Below, piece by piece: positions 54,601 through 64,000 of a DNA stretch of 64,000 nucleotides. Source of the DNA: Acidimicrobiia bacterium (GTDB lineage Bacteria; Actinomycetota; Acidimicrobiia; Spongiisociales; Spongiisociaceae). Where the stretch lies: assembly GCA_965231815.1 (NCBI GenBank), contig OZ246890.1, positions 2,577,388 through 2,641,387 on the forward strand, written 5' to 3'. The notes beneath the pieces are model-generated. The model was not told the DNA's origin. It saw only the letters and a list, made by a program, of their open reading frames with translations, and did no database searches. The position numbers and the translations under genes are program-made. Positions within the stretch are counted from its first letter, which is position 1, and each line of letters starts with the position of its first letter.

Positions 54601-55617
54601 ATGGCAAGAATGTACTTCGATGAGGACGCGGACCTCGGTCACCTGCATGGGCAGACGATATGCATAGTCGGCTACGGTAATCAGGGCCGTTCGCAAGCCC
54701 TCAACCTCCGTGACAGCGGGGTGGAAGTGATCGTGGGGAGCCGTCGGGACAGTTCCTATGTAACCGCTCGGGAGGATGGTTTTAACGTATTGAGCGTGTC
54801 TGAGGCTGTGACACGGGCGGACATCGTCTTCTTTCTGGTTCCTGACGAGGTAATGCCGCCGTTGTTCCGAGCGGACATTGCACCCGGTCTCCGATCGGGC
54901 GATATGGTGGTGTTTGCGAGCGGGTACAACGTTGCCTTCGATCTCCTTGAACCCCCGCCCCACGTAGACGTGGTGCTCATCGCCCCCCGCATGATCGGGG
55001 TGGGTGTGCGCGACACCTTCCTGAGCGGGGAGGGGTTCCCTAGCCTCGCCGCCGTACATCAAGATGCCACCAAGACGGCTTGGAACAGAGCATTGGCCCT
55101 GTGTAAGGGTATCGGTTCCACCAGGATGGGGGTGATCGAATCCAGCTTCCTCGAGGAGGCCACCGTAGACCTCTTCGCCGAGCAGGTCGGCTACCTCTAC
55201 GCGGTACGTCGCTACTGCGAGGTACTTGTCGAGGCCGGATGCAGTCCCGAGGCGGCCATGTTGGAGTTCTACGCTTCGGGTGAAGGGATCGAGACCGCTA
55301 GAGCATACCGGGACATTGGCCTTTGGGACCAGATTTCGCTACATTCTCGGACTAGTCAGTACGGGCAGGAAGTGACGGCCAGACTATCGTCGGAGGAAGA
55401 GGAAGCGGAGCGGGAAAAGCTACGGAAGATCATTTCCCGCATCCAGGATGGTTCCTTCGCCCGGGATTGGACCGCCGAGCAAGCGGCCGGATTTCCCGAA
55501 TTCAGGCGGACCAGAAGACTCAATATGGAACACCCGATGCGGAAGGCTGAGCGTCGCCTGTATCGTGTCCTAGGACGGGTAGATAAGGACCGCACCTCCG
55601 GTTCGGACTCGAAGTAG
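54601..55617 (+). CDS. ilvC: ketol-acid reductoisomerase
   Basis: ICIVGYGNQGRSQALNLRDSG N-terminal NADPH Rossmann; knotted C-terminal domain; 338 aa (class I KARI). Confidence 0.85.
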   Translation: MARMYFDEDADLGHLHGQTICIVGYGNQGRSQALNLRDSGVEVIVGSRRDSSYVTAREDGFNVLSVSEAVTRADIVFFLVPDEVMPPLFRADIAPGLRSGDMVVFASGYNVAFDLLEPPPHVDVVLIAPRMIGVGVRDTFLSGEGFPSLAAVHQDATKTAWNRALALCKGIGSTRMGVIESSFLEEATVDLFAEQVGYLYAVRRYCEVLVEAGCSPEAAMLEFYASGEGIETARAYRDIGLWDQISLHSRTSQYGQEVTARLSSEEEEAEREKLRKIISRIQDGSFARDWTAEQAAGFPEFRRTRRLNMEHPMRKAERRLYRVLGRVDKDRTSGSDSK

Positions 55618-55763
55618 GGCGCTGATTGTTGTATCAAATGTCGATGGGAGCACCTACCAATACCGACTACTCGGGAGCAACGTAGTCATGAGCTACCAGC
55701 CCCCCGACTTAGTAAGTGCGACCGTCGGGTACATGTACACCTAAAAAGGAGGGGTACCGACTT

Positions 55764-57209
55764 ATGAAATCGAAACTAAAGACAGGTTTGCCTACACGTC
55801 TGGCTGTATTGCTATCGGTCTTAACCTTGGTGGCAGCCGCATGCGGTGAGGATGCACCACCGGAAACGATCGTAGTGACATCCATCATAACGGAGACCGA
55901 GACAATAACCGAAACAGTGACCGAAACGGTCGTTGTGACATCGATCGTCACGGAAACCGAAGTGGTTACCGAAACCGTCGAAGTAGAGGTTGAGGTAGAA
56001 GTACCGGTGGAAGCCGAGCCGATGGGACCGACCCAAGCCGGTTTGGTTGATCTCGACGACTCCGAGTTGGCCGGGAAGTCCTGGGACGAAATCCTTGCTG
56101 AAGCGGACGGTACCAGGGTTAACTGGTTCATGTGGGGCGGTAGCGCGCCCATCAACGCCTACATCAACGGATGGGTTAAGGATCAGGCCGCCGAGCGTTA
56201 CGGGATCGACCTCAACCAGGTGCGGATCACCGACACCGTCAACGCGGTGGACACCGTACTAAGCGAATCCGAGGCCGGTGAGCATGCGAGTGGTTCGGTC
56301 GACCTCATCTGGATCAACGGCGAGAACTTCAAAACCTTGAAGCAGGGTGGCCTGCTGTTCTGCGGTTACTGGGACATCATGCCCAGCATGGCCAATGTAG
56401 ACCAGCAAGCCGGACCCATCGCCTTCGACTTCGGTACCCCGGTAGACGAGTGTGAGGTTCCATGGAATCAGGCCCAATCAGCGGTGTTCTACAACAGCGC
56501 CCTGGTATCGGAACCCCCGGCCGACATGGACGCTCTCCTGGCCCATGCCTGCGAGAATCCCGGAACCTTCACCTATCCGGCGCCACCCGACTTCACGGGC
56601 AGCGTGTTCGTGCGCCATGTGTTCTACAACGAGGCTGACAAGATCCTGCCCGGCGGGCACGCCGACATGGTGGGAATCCCCTTCAGCCAGGAGCTCTACG
56701 ACCAGGTAGCGCCCGCCACATGGGCCACCTTGAACGAGATCGAGCCCTGCCTGTGGCGTGGAGGAGAGACCTATCCGGTCGACCAGCCGGCCCTCGAGCA
56801 GTTGTACGCCAACCAGGAAGTGAGCCATTTCCTGGCTTACAGCCCGGCCACCGCCGGTTCCAAGGTTGACAGCGGTCTGTTCCCCGAGTCGACCCGTACC
56901 TACGGCTTGGACAGCGGACAGATCGGTAATACCAACTTCGTGACCATTCCCTACAACTCGCCTAACAAGGCGGCCGCGCTGGTGGTGGCCGACCTCTTGC
57001 TGAGCATCGACGCCCAGTTGGAGAAGGCCTACCCCGACGTGTGGGGCCAGATCAATGTGCTGAACACCGCGGCGCAGTCACACTTCGCCGATGTGCCTCG
57101 TCACCCGTCGGTGGTCGATCCGGGAGAGATATCCGGGTTGGGTGAGCTCCTTGGTGACTGGGTACCGGTCATCGAGGAAGGTTGGTCAGCCAACGTAGCC
57201 GAGCAATAA
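55764..57209 (+). CDS. ABC transporter substrate-binding lipoprotein (PotD/Fbp-type, family 1) with Thr/Glu/Val tandem-repeat linker
   Basis: AAGGAGGGG RBS, signal peptide with lipobox LVAAAC, low-complexity TETVTE linker, then SBP fold; followed by two permeases and an ATPase. Confidence 0.8.
   Translation: MKSKLKTGLPTRLAVLLSVLTLVAAACGEDAPPETIVVTSIITETETITETVTETVVVTSIVTETEVVTETVEVEVEVEVPVEAEPMGPTQAGLVDLDDSELAGKSWDEILAEADGTRVNWFMWGGSAPINAYINGWVKDQAAERYGIDLNQVRITDTVNAVDTVLSESEAGEHASGSVDLIWINGENFKTLKQGGLLFCGYWDIMPSMANVDQQAGPIAFDFGTPVDECEVPWNQAQSAVFYNSALVSEPPADMDALLAHACENPGTFTYPAPPDFTGSVFVRHVFYNEADKILPGGHADMVGIPFSQELYDQVAPATWATLNEIEPCLWRGGETYPVDQPALEQLYANQEVSHFLAYSPATAGSKVDSGLFPESTRTYGLDSGQIGNTNFVTIPYNSPNKAAALVVADLLLSIDAQLEKAYPDVWGQINVLNTAAQSHFADVPRHPSVVDPGEISGLGELLGDWVPVIEEGWSANVAEQ
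55890..56010 (+). repeat. short tandem nucleotide repeat (ACCGAAAC-based units) encoding a (T-E-T-V)n linker in the SBP
   Basis: Seen directly: repeated accgaaacngt units give TETETITETVTETVVVTSIVTETEVVTETVEVEVEVEV. Confidence 0.6.
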
Positions 57210-57313
57210 CACAAAGCCGTGGCTGGTTGGCGGCGTTGCGGCGACCGCCAACCAGCCACCCTATCCTCACCCAGCCACCCATCAACTGCAACGGTCTTGA
57301 ACGGTAGGTATTG

Positions 57314-58237
57314 ATGGAACGAACCTCCACGCGATCTAACAAATCAACCCGCCCGTCGGTGGCGCCGCTTTCCGAGGATGGCGCCCGGCGATTGACCATC
57401 GGGCTACTGCTGGCGCCGGCCGTGCTCGTTATCTTGTTGCTCTTCATGGGCGGACTGGTCTCCGGTTTCCTCCGCAGCCTCGGATACTTCCCCCTGATCG
57501 GACTTAATGAGTTCAACTTCGACGCCTACACCAGCATCCTGACCGACAACGGATTCCTCCGGAGCTTCGTTCTCACCTTTCACATAGCGTTCACATCCAC
57601 GGTGATAGCCGGCATCCTGGCGGTCGCTTCGGCGATGCTGCTACGCCCGTCGTTTCGCGGGAAGCGTTTCGTCCAGTTCATCTTCTCGCTCAACCTGACC
57701 ATCCCGCACCTAGTGGGCGCTGTGGGGGTTCTCTACCTGTTCTCGGGAAGCGGTCTCGTCTCCCGGCTCGCCACCGGCGCCGGACTGATCGACACCCCGG
57801 CAGGATTCCCGGCGATGGTTAACGATCCTTGGGCGATCGGCATCATCATCCAATACGTCTGGAAAGAGATTCCCTTCATCGGAGTGATCGTGCTGGCGAT
57901 CCTGCTGTCGGTAGGGGAGGACTACGAGTCGGTTGCTCGCTCACTGGGCGCCAATCGATGGCAGGCCTTCCGGCACGTTACCTTGCCCTTGATTATGCCC
58001 GGTGTCATATCCGCATCGGTGATTGTGTTCGCCTTCACCTTCGGCGCATTCGAGATCCCCTGGCTGTTGGGGGCCACATTCCCCAAGGCGTTGCCGGTCC
58101 TCGCCTTCGAAAGCTACAAAGATGTGGACCTGGCGGCCCGCCCTCAGGCCATGGCCATGTCCATGGTGATCGCCTTCATGAGCACTCTCATGATCTTCGC
58201 CTACATGAAGCTCTCCCGGCGCTACATCAGAAGTTGA
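57314..58237 (+). CDS. ABC transporter permease (PotB/ThiP-like)
   Basis: 6-TMS with EAA-like loop; first of two permeases between the SBP and the ATPase. Confidence 0.8.
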   Translation: MERTSTRSNKSTRPSVAPLSEDGARRLTIGLLLAPAVLVILLLFMGGLVSGFLRSLGYFPLIGLNEFNFDAYTSILTDNGFLRSFVLTFHIAFTSTVIAGILAVASAMLLRPSFRGKRFVQFIFSLNLTIPHLVGAVGVLYLFSGSGLVSRLATGAGLIDTPAGFPAMVNDPWAIGIIIQYVWKEIPFIGVIVLAILLSVGEDYESVARSLGANRWQAFRHVTLPLIMPGVISASVIVFAFTFGAFEIPWLLGATFPKALPVLAFESYKDVDLAARPQAMAMSMVIAFMSTLMIFAYMKLSRRYIRS

Positions 58238-58262
58238 ACATGGGGAGAGGAACCGGCGATAC

Positions 58263-59102
58263 ATGACCAGCAGCGTGACCACCCCCCCGAGGAACCGTCC
58301 GTGGAGAGTCACGGGCCGTTGGATCGGAATCTCTGCGTTGCTGGCTTTCCTGGTGGCGCCGATCGTTCCCCTGTTCGTCTGGTCGATCAGCTTCCGCTGG
58401 TTCTATCCGGCGATCCTACCGACGGAATACAGCACCAGGGCGTGGGTCGAGGTCATCACTCCCCATAACGATGTTGTCGGGGTGGCGTGGAACACCGTGC
58501 TGATCGCTCTGGTGGTGACCGCGTTCTCCATACTTCTCGGGGTTCCCGCCGGAAGAGCCCTGGGCCTGTACGAGTTTCGTGGCAAGCGGGTGGTGGAATG
58601 GTTGATCCTGGCGCCGGTCATAGTCCCCGGATTGGCCGTCGTGCTAGGTATCCACGTTCTGTTCATTCGAGCTGGAATCCACAACAGCATTCCGGGAGTG
58701 ATGCTCGTACATCTGGTCCCCACCCTTCCTTACATGACGCTCGTCATGTCCGGAGTTTTCGCCAACTACGACACCGACTTCGAGCTGCAGGCACGTTCCC
58801 TCGGGGCAGGGCGTATTGCCACCCAGTGGTACGTGACACTGCCGGCGATCTTCCCCGGCGTGGTGGTGGGAGCCCTGTTCGCATTCATCATCTCGTGGAG
58901 CCAGTACGTACTGACGCTGCTGATCGGAGGGGGCCAGGTGCAGACCCTGCCCCTGCTCCTCTTCGGCTTCGTGCGCTCCGACCCGGCTATCGCCGGGGCG
59001 CTCAGCGTGGTATTCATCCTGCCGGCTGTCTTGGTCCTGCTCCTGAGTTCTCGCTATCTGTCCGGCGACAACGCCGCGGTAGGAGGTATCGGCAACATAT
59101 GA
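58263..59102 (+). CDS. ABC transporter permease (PotC-like)
   Basis: 6-TMS, second permease; its stop overlaps the ATPase start (ATGA). Confidence 0.8.
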   Translation: MTSSVTTPPRNRPWRVTGRWIGISALLAFLVAPIVPLFVWSISFRWFYPAILPTEYSTRAWVEVITPHNDVVGVAWNTVLIALVVTAFSILLGVPAGRALGLYEFRGKRVVEWLILAPVIVPGLAVVLGIHVLFIRAGIHNSIPGVMLVHLVPTLPYMTLVMSGVFANYDTDFELQARSLGAGRIATQWYVTLPAIFPGVVVGALFAFIISWSQYVLTLLIGGGQVQTLPLLLFGFVRSDPAIAGALSVVFILPAVLVLLLSSRYLSGDNAAVGGIGNI

Positions 59103-60154
59103 CCCAAGTCACACTCAGCCGCCTCACCAAGAGGTTCGATGAGAAGTCGAACCCCGCAGTCGATCAACTTGATCTCGAGATCGAAACAGGGAAGCTTACG
59201 GCCCTGCTAGGCCCATCGGGATGCGGGAAGACCACCACCATGAAGATGATCGCCGGATTGTTGCGGCCCACCTCGGGCGACATAGGCTTCAATGGCGAGT
59301 CGATACTCGGGATCGCGCCCGAGGATCGAGGCGTTGTCATGGTCTTCCAGAACTACCTGCTGTTCCCGTATATGAGCGTTGCCGAGAACATCGGCTTCGG
59401 CTTGAAGATGCGCAAAGTCGATCGCGGGGAGATCAAATCTCGGGTGAAGGACATGCTTGACCTGGTGCAGCTACCCGGTTTCGAGGATCGTAAGCCCAGA
59501 CAACTGTCGGGTGGTCAGCAGCAGCGTATCGCCCTGGCCAGAGCGCTGGTCGTGCAACCTAACGTCCTCCTACTCGACGAACCCCTGAGCAACCTGGACG
59601 CCCACCTCAGGGACGAGATGCGCGAACTCATCCGCCGCATCCAGACCGAGATGGGCATAACCACCGTTTTCGTCACCCACGACCAGGAAGAGGCCGTAGT
59701 GCTCGCCGACCGGATTGCGCTGCTCTTCGATGGCAGGCTGCAACAATTCGACCAGCCCGACGCCTTCTACGAACGGCCGGGAAGTGTTGCTATCGCCAAG
59801 TTCTTCGGAGGGACCAACTTCATTCCCGGCCATTACGAAAACGGGGGGATTACCACCTCCATAGGCCGGTTCGACGCTCCCCACTCCGCGGTTGCTAGCG
59901 GCGACGCGGTGTTGAGCATCCGCCCCGAAGCCCTTGAGATAGGCGCCGACGGCGCCAACAGCGTTAATGGGGTAGTGCAATCACATGTTTATGTGGGAAG
60001 GTATGCCCGTTTCCGGATTGCCGTCGGAGACATCGAAGTAGAGGTCATCACCGATCCGGGGCAGGTCAGAGAGTTCAACGATGGGGATCCGGTCGTTGTC
60101 AAGTTCGACCCAACCAAGATCTGGGTAATCGGACCGGCTCAAACCGACCAGTAG
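59099..60154 (+). CDS. ABC transporter ATP-binding protein (PotA/FbpC-like with C-terminal TOBE domain)
   Basis: GPSGCGKTT, LSGGQQQRIALARAL, TOBE-like C-terminus; start at ATG 59099 (the ORF-track extension to 58487 overlaps the permease). Confidence 0.9.
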   Translation: MTQVTLSRLTKRFDEKSNPAVDQLDLEIETGKLTALLGPSGCGKTTTMKMIAGLLRPTSGDIGFNGESILGIAPEDRGVVMVFQNYLLFPYMSVAENIGFGLKMRKVDRGEIKSRVKDMLDLVQLPGFEDRKPRQLSGGQQQRIALARALVVQPNVLLLDEPLSNLDAHLRDEMRELIRRIQTEMGITTVFVTHDQEEAVVLADRIALLFDGRLQQFDQPDAFYERPGSVAIAKFFGGTNFIPGHYENGGITTSIGRFDAPHSAVASGDAVLSIRPEALEIGADGANSVNGVVQSHVYVGRYARFRIAVGDIEVEVITDPGQVREFNDGDPVVVKFDPTKIWVIGPAQTDQ

Positions 60155-60171
60155 AGCTGACCGCTAAGCCT

Positions 60172-61368
60172 GTGACGGCTGCATCGGGAACGGTAACGCG
60201 CTGGGGCCTGATTGCATCCGCTTGGTCCGTATACGCCCTCTACTACCTGGGTAGGGTCAACTTTTCTGCGGCGGTACCACGCCTCGGAGACGAAGCCGGG
60301 TTGGAAGCCGCCCAGATAGGCGCCCTTGCGGCCGGATTCTTTTGGGTCTACTCCATTGCGGCCTTGCCGGTAGGGCGGTTGGCAGACCGTTACGGCGCCC
60401 GGATGCTTGTAGGGTTGGGTCTGGTGGGGAGCGGGCTCATGAACCTTCTGTTCGCGGTCTTCTACACCCGCTTCCCGGCGGCGCTTGTCATCTGGTCGGC
60501 GAACGGCGTGTTCCAGGCGATGGGGTGGACACCGCTGGCCGGAAGGCTGGGTCACTGGGTAAGTAAACGGAGCGCGCCTCGGGTGGTAGCCTCGTTCGGA
60601 TCCTGTTTCGTGGCCGGCACCGCCTTCACGTTCGCTATCGGGGGATTCCTCGTAGATAGGCTCGGAGTGGATGCCGTTTTCGTAGCCGCGACAGTGGTAC
60701 TCATCCCCTTAGGCGTGGCGTGGTGGATTGGAGTACGAGATACGGTAAGTGTTGAAAGAGGCAACCGGCCGTCGGGTGAGTCCATTGTTCGCGTTCTATG
60801 GTTGCTACCACCGGCAGCAGCTATCGGAGTACCTTATGTCGCCCTCATCGTGTGGACGCCCTCCTATTTCGTCGAAGTACACAACCTCTCGGTTGGGCGT
60901 TCAGGCCTACTTTCCGCAACGCTGCCTGTGGCGTCCATCGCGGCGATCCTCCTGTTCGGACGCTGGTTCCGCTCATCGGATGGAACATCGGCTGCCCCTA
61001 AAGGCGCTCTCGTCCTCATCATGACCTCTGCCATGCTCCTGACGGTTAGTCGGGCGTCCGGTCTGACGATCGGATTTACCGCCATCGCTCTGGCGACCGC
61101 ACTGGTCGGAGCGTCAGCATCCCTGCTGTTAGGACTGTTCCCGCGTATGATCGCCCCGGATCGGGTAGCGCTAGCCAGCGGGATATTCGCCCTGGCCTTC
61201 AACCTCGGAGGCGGCGCCGGATCCCCGATCGTGGGAAGGCTGGTAGGGAACCAGGACTGGAACTCGGTCTTCGTATTCCTCGCCGGGTGCGTATTGGTCG
61301 GGGGACTATGGAGCTACGCCTGGTACCGGAAGGCCGGCCGTATTCACCAACCCGGATGGAGCGGGTGA
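60172..61368 (+). CDS. MFS transporter
   Basis: 398 aa, 12 TMS, GRLADRYGAR MFS motif A-like loop; GTG start. Confidence 0.75.
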   Translation: MTAASGTVTRWGLIASAWSVYALYYLGRVNFSAAVPRLGDEAGLEAAQIGALAAGFFWVYSIAALPVGRLADRYGARMLVGLGLVGSGLMNLLFAVFYTRFPAALVIWSANGVFQAMGWTPLAGRLGHWVSKRSAPRVVASFGSCFVAGTAFTFAIGGFLVDRLGVDAVFVAATVVLIPLGVAWWIGVRDTVSVERGNRPSGESIVRVLWLLPPAAAIGVPYVALIVWTPSYFVEVHNLSVGRSGLLSATLPVASIAAILLFGRWFRSSDGTSAAPKGALVLIMTSAMLLTVSRASGLTIGFTAIALATALVGASASLLLGLFPRMIAPDRVALASGIFALAFNLGGGAGSPIVGRLVGNQDWNSVFVFLAGCVLVGGLWSYAWYRKAGRIHQPGWSG

Positions 61369-62123
61369 TGAGTCGGCGGCAGGCGGTCATGGACCTCGGC
61401 CCCGATGAATGGTTGGATGCCCTAGGGATGGACACGGGTGAGATCCCGCGAGCGGTGATCATGGAAGGGTCGTGGTGGCGGGAGCAACGAACCACCTGGC
61501 GGCTGAGCCACCTCGACAACGTACGGGAACTTGCCTTCCCGGATATGTTCTTAGGCCTATGGCAGAACGTCCCCGTCGTTTACTCGTGCGTCTACGGCGC
61601 GGCGCGGGCGGTGGAGTTGGCCCATCTGTTCGGGGTGCTTGGAACGCCCCGCATGGTGATGATCGGCACCTGCGGCGCTCTAGACCCGGCTCTCGCCACC
61701 GGTGACGTCGTCGTCCCCTCCACCACGGTAGCTCGCGAAGGCGTTGCGCACCTCTACGGTGTGCCCGACACGGTCGACTCCGACCAGAGACTCACCCGAG
61801 CGGCCCGCTCCGTTCTAGAGACTCGCGGTGTCAGAACCTGGGATGTCCTGCATCTGACGTGGAGCTCGATATTCGCGCAGAGCGGCGCCATGGTCGAAGA
61901 ATGGAAACAACTGGGCTACGGATCGGTGGACATGGAAGCCGCCACTCTGTATGCGGTGGCGCGCCACTTCGGGTTCGCCGCCACCGCCCTGCTGGCGGTT
62001 TGGGATCAACTGGACAACGATCGCAGTTTCCTGGACCCGCTCAGCGCCGAAGAGCAGGCCGCTCTCGACACGGCCAACTCCTCCGTCTTCGAAGCGGCCC
62101 TGGAAATCACTATCGGTCGGTAG
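61368..62123 (+). CDS. nucleoside phosphorylase-family protein (PNP/UDP phosphorylase fold)
   Basis: MIGTCGAL and DMEAATLYAVARHFG match PNP_UDP_1 family motifs; start overlaps the MFS stop (TGATG). Confidence 0.7.
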   Translation: MSRRQAVMDLGPDEWLDALGMDTGEIPRAVIMEGSWWREQRTTWRLSHLDNVRELAFPDMFLGLWQNVPVVYSCVYGAARAVELAHLFGVLGTPRMVMIGTCGALDPALATGDVVVPSTTVAREGVAHLYGVPDTVDSDQRLTRAARSVLETRGVRTWDVLHLTWSSIFAQSGAMVEEWKQLGYGSVDMEAATLYAVARHFGFAATALLAVWDQLDNDRSFLDPLSAEEQAALDTANSSVFEAALEITIGR

Positions 62124-62196
62124 GCGTGGTGGGACGAAGCTCCGTCCCGGGGAGAAGGCTAGGTGAGGACCGGTGCACCTGTTATCCGGCGCCTGC

Positions 62197-64000
62197 TTAT
62201 CCGGCTTGTAAAGCCTGATCCCCTCCGTTGTCCTGTACGAATGGGGGTGAAAGGTCGATGCGAAGTTGCGAGAGCCAACGCTCTAGGTGGTCGGGGCTGA
62301 TACGATCGCCCAGGTACTCCACCAACTCCTCTTGGCGGGGCTGGCCGAAAGCAAGACGGTAGACAGCGAGGGATTTGCGCAGCTGTGGAAGTCTGGCCGA
62401 CTCACGGCTGAACGGTAGAACGGGAACGAGGCGATCGATCTTCGCCCGGCCTTGGTGGAACACCCAGTACGGCGCCATCTCCCCGTCGTTACCGTCCCCT
62501 CCGGATGCTGCTCGCTCGAAGAGCGCCTGCCACGGGTCACCCTCGGGAGTCCAGTTTCTCAGCAAATCGGACCCGAGCTGCTCGGCGATGTTGCGGCGAA
62601 CCGCGTGACATTTGTATCGATGAACCCGACCCTCACGCTGCTCGAGATCAACGGGATTGGCGGGAAGGTTCCAGTGCACCACGGCGTGGCACCACAGGTG
62701 GAAGTCCAGGCCCTCCTGGCCGACCGAGGTCGAGGTCAGCACGAACGGCCAGAACGGCGAGTTGAAAGCGACCGAAACGGCCCCGACCCGGGCTTGACCG
62801 CCCTCGTCGAGGGTCTGGTCTCCGAAAGCCACCGCGAATCGGGTACGCATGCGGCGAGGGTCGAGTTCGATACCGGATCGTTCTTCGTTCGGGACCGGAA
62901 TGTCAACCCGCAGTGAAGAAGTGCGTAGCCGGAGGGCGTCGCCGATTGTCGACGCGATGCGGCCAGCAGCCCGGATTCGTTGTTCAGGGTCGTGAAGGCT
63001 GACATAACCGAGCCAGTCGCGTAGAACATGAGCGTGCTCATCCAGAACCGCCCCCAGGTTACCGTCGATCGAATGGCGCACCACATCCTGCCAGTACCGG
63101 GCAACACCGCTTTCGAGATCGGTTTGCTCCGACTGGGATGCAGCAACTATGCCCGTTATCTCGGGGCTGTTGAAGAAGCCCCTGAACGCGTCGCTGATCC
63201 GTACCGCGCTCGACAGCACGCTCTCGTGATCGGCGGGAAGCCCTGCGACCGCACTGATTGCCCGAAGCGCACACTGGGCCGGTCCTGCGAGGGCCAGTTC
63301 GGCGAGCACCTCGTATAGATCCTCCGGCCGCCGCCCGAGGGCCGGCGGCCCGTACTCGACCATTGACCGGGCCTCGGCGAGATGGGCTCGGAAGTTCACG
63401 TCGGGTTTGTCACCCTCCCAGAGTCCGGCCGACCCCTTCGCTAGCAGCCGTGTGACGACTGCGGGGTGACGCTCGTGATCGAGCAGCAGCGGGGCGGCCC
63501 AATACCAGCGCCGATCGACTGCTCCTTCGGAAGGGGCCGATCGCGTTATCGGCTCGAGAGCGGATTCCAATCTGTCAGAGATCGCCGTGATCAAAGCAGG
63601 CCGATCACGTCGGGTGGATTCCATCCGCAGCGGGTCACCGAGTCGAGCGAGCCCGAGGCTTGGCCACACCAGCAGGAACGTCGTCATGGAAGCGGCCCGG
63701 CGATCACCTGGGGCTTCCCCGGCGCGAGCCTCGACGGCTGTGCGCTCTGCCGTGCGGAAAGTAAGTCGCTGACCGCCACGTCGCCTGTACTCGGTCGAGT
63801 AGGTGTGGTCGCGGTTTGCATAGGCTCGGCGCTCGGCTTCGAAGGTCACCATCGACGAAACCACCTTGGGGACGACCTGCCATCCCGAAAAGATCAAACG
63901 CTTGGTGAACCGCAGCGCCTCCGGAGTCTCGTAGACCGAGCCGGTGTCGTAGTAGCGGATCGACGGTGGCATCCACAGCAGCTCGAAGGCGCGGTGGCGC
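62197..64000 (-). CDS. superfamily-2 helicase, C-terminal portion (helicase-C domain plus ~300-aa unknown C-terminal region); N-terminus beyond window end
   Basis: VLTSTSVGQEGLDFHLWCHAVVHWNLPANPVDLEQREGRVHRY = SF2 motifs V/VI; ORF runs to the window edge. Confidence 0.6.
   Translation of the reverse strand, partial: RHRAFELLWMPPSIRYYDTGSVYETPEALRFTKRLIFSGWQVVPKVVSSMVTFEAERRAYANRDHTYSTEYRRRGGQRLTFRTAERTAVEARAGEAPGDRRAASMTTFLLVWPSLGLARLGDPLRMESTRRDRPALITAISDRLESALEPITRSAPSEGAVDRRWYWAAPLLLDHERHPAVVTRLLAKGSAGLWEGDKPDVNFRAHLAEARSMVEYGPPALGRRPEDLYEVLAELALAGPAQCALRAISAVAGLPADHESVLSSAVRISDAFRGFFNSPEITGIVAASQSEQTDLESGVARYWQDVVRHSIDGNLGAVLDEHAHVLRDWLGYVSLHDPEQRIRAAGRIASTIGDALRLRTSSLRVDIPVPNEERSGIELDPRRMRTRFAVAFGDQTLDEGGQARVGAVSVAFNSPFWPFVLTSTSVGQEGLDFHLWCHAVVHWNLPANPVDLEQREGRVHRYKCHAVRRNIAEQLGSDLLRNWTPEGDPWQALFERAASGGDGNDGEMAPYWVFHQGRAKIDRLVPVLPFSRESARLPQLRKSLAVYRLAFGQPRQEELVEYLGDRISPDHLERWLSQLRIDLSPPFVQDNGGDQALQAG

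Noticed and set aside
1-64000. Search for CRISPR arrays, rRNA and tRNA genes
   Set aside because: No direct-repeat/spacer periodicity, no rRNA-like conserved blocks and no tRNA T-loop (GGTTCGAATCC-like) motifs were seen in the intergenic regions. A tRNAscan/Infernal run would be needed to exclude tRNAs formally.

Overview
High-GC (~63-65%) bacterial chromosomal segment, probably from an Actinobacteria/Chloroflexi-like organism, densely coding and metabolically heterogeneous. Metabolic and transport content, in window order: (a) two BMP/PnrA-family nucleoside-type ABC importers (end of one at 1-1782; complete SBP-ATPase-permease-permease set at 9749-15218) flanking a polyol/sugar cassette (Zn-ADH, FGGY kinase, class I aldolase); (b) tandem EamA transporters; (c) ferritin, an orphan FbpC-like ABC ATPase, a DrrAB-like ABC-2 exporter; (d) SthA transhydrogenase, a GcvT-family aminomethyltransferase, a Fur-family regulator convergent with a His-rich CDF metal exporter; (e) an E1alpha/E1beta/SDR operon led by a free-standing 84-aa lipoyl-domain protein, an MFS transporter, a cytochrome P450, PTE-like and amidohydrolase fragments, an enolase-superfamily enzyme, an arylsulfatase; (f) a thiolase/DUF35 pair and an epimerase-DhaK-DhaL cassette; (g) a second sugar cluster (fucose-isomerase-like, LacD/YihT-like aldolase, nucleoside hydrolase, Zn-ADH, IlvC), a PotD/Fbp-type ABC importer, an MFS transporter, a PNP-family phosphorylase, and a helicase C-terminal fragment running off the window end. 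Interspersed are several candidate defense or toxin-antitoxin elements: a nucleotidyltransferase/HEPN-like gene, a retropepsin-like protease and a PaREP1-like HEPN gene at 2.0-4.1 kb; VapBC with a tandem palindromic operator; an XRE-ImmA/IrrE metallopeptidase fused gene plus a PIN-like partner; a GmrSD-like (DUF262-DUF1524) type IV restriction gene with a C-terminal AlbA_2/Schlafen-like domain and a low-GC 5' end; an orphan Phd/YefM antitoxin; and an unusual 625-aa fusion of a small-molecule-type SAM methyltransferase to a PD-(D/E)xK nuclease-like C-terminal region carrying an internal RBS and ATG. The most conspicuous non-genic signal is a five-copy, ~118-bp intergenic repeat family bounded by CTAGGAGGG terminal inverted repeats (MITE-like), which produces spurious ORFs sharing the peptide RNPAQRGSAVNPQLSDQA. 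There is also a three-copy hairpin with a conserved loop (CCATGAATAATCGGGG), a ~690-nt noncoding gap inside the BMP-ABC operon, and several operator-like palindromes. No rRNA, tRNA or CRISPR array was recognised by eye.
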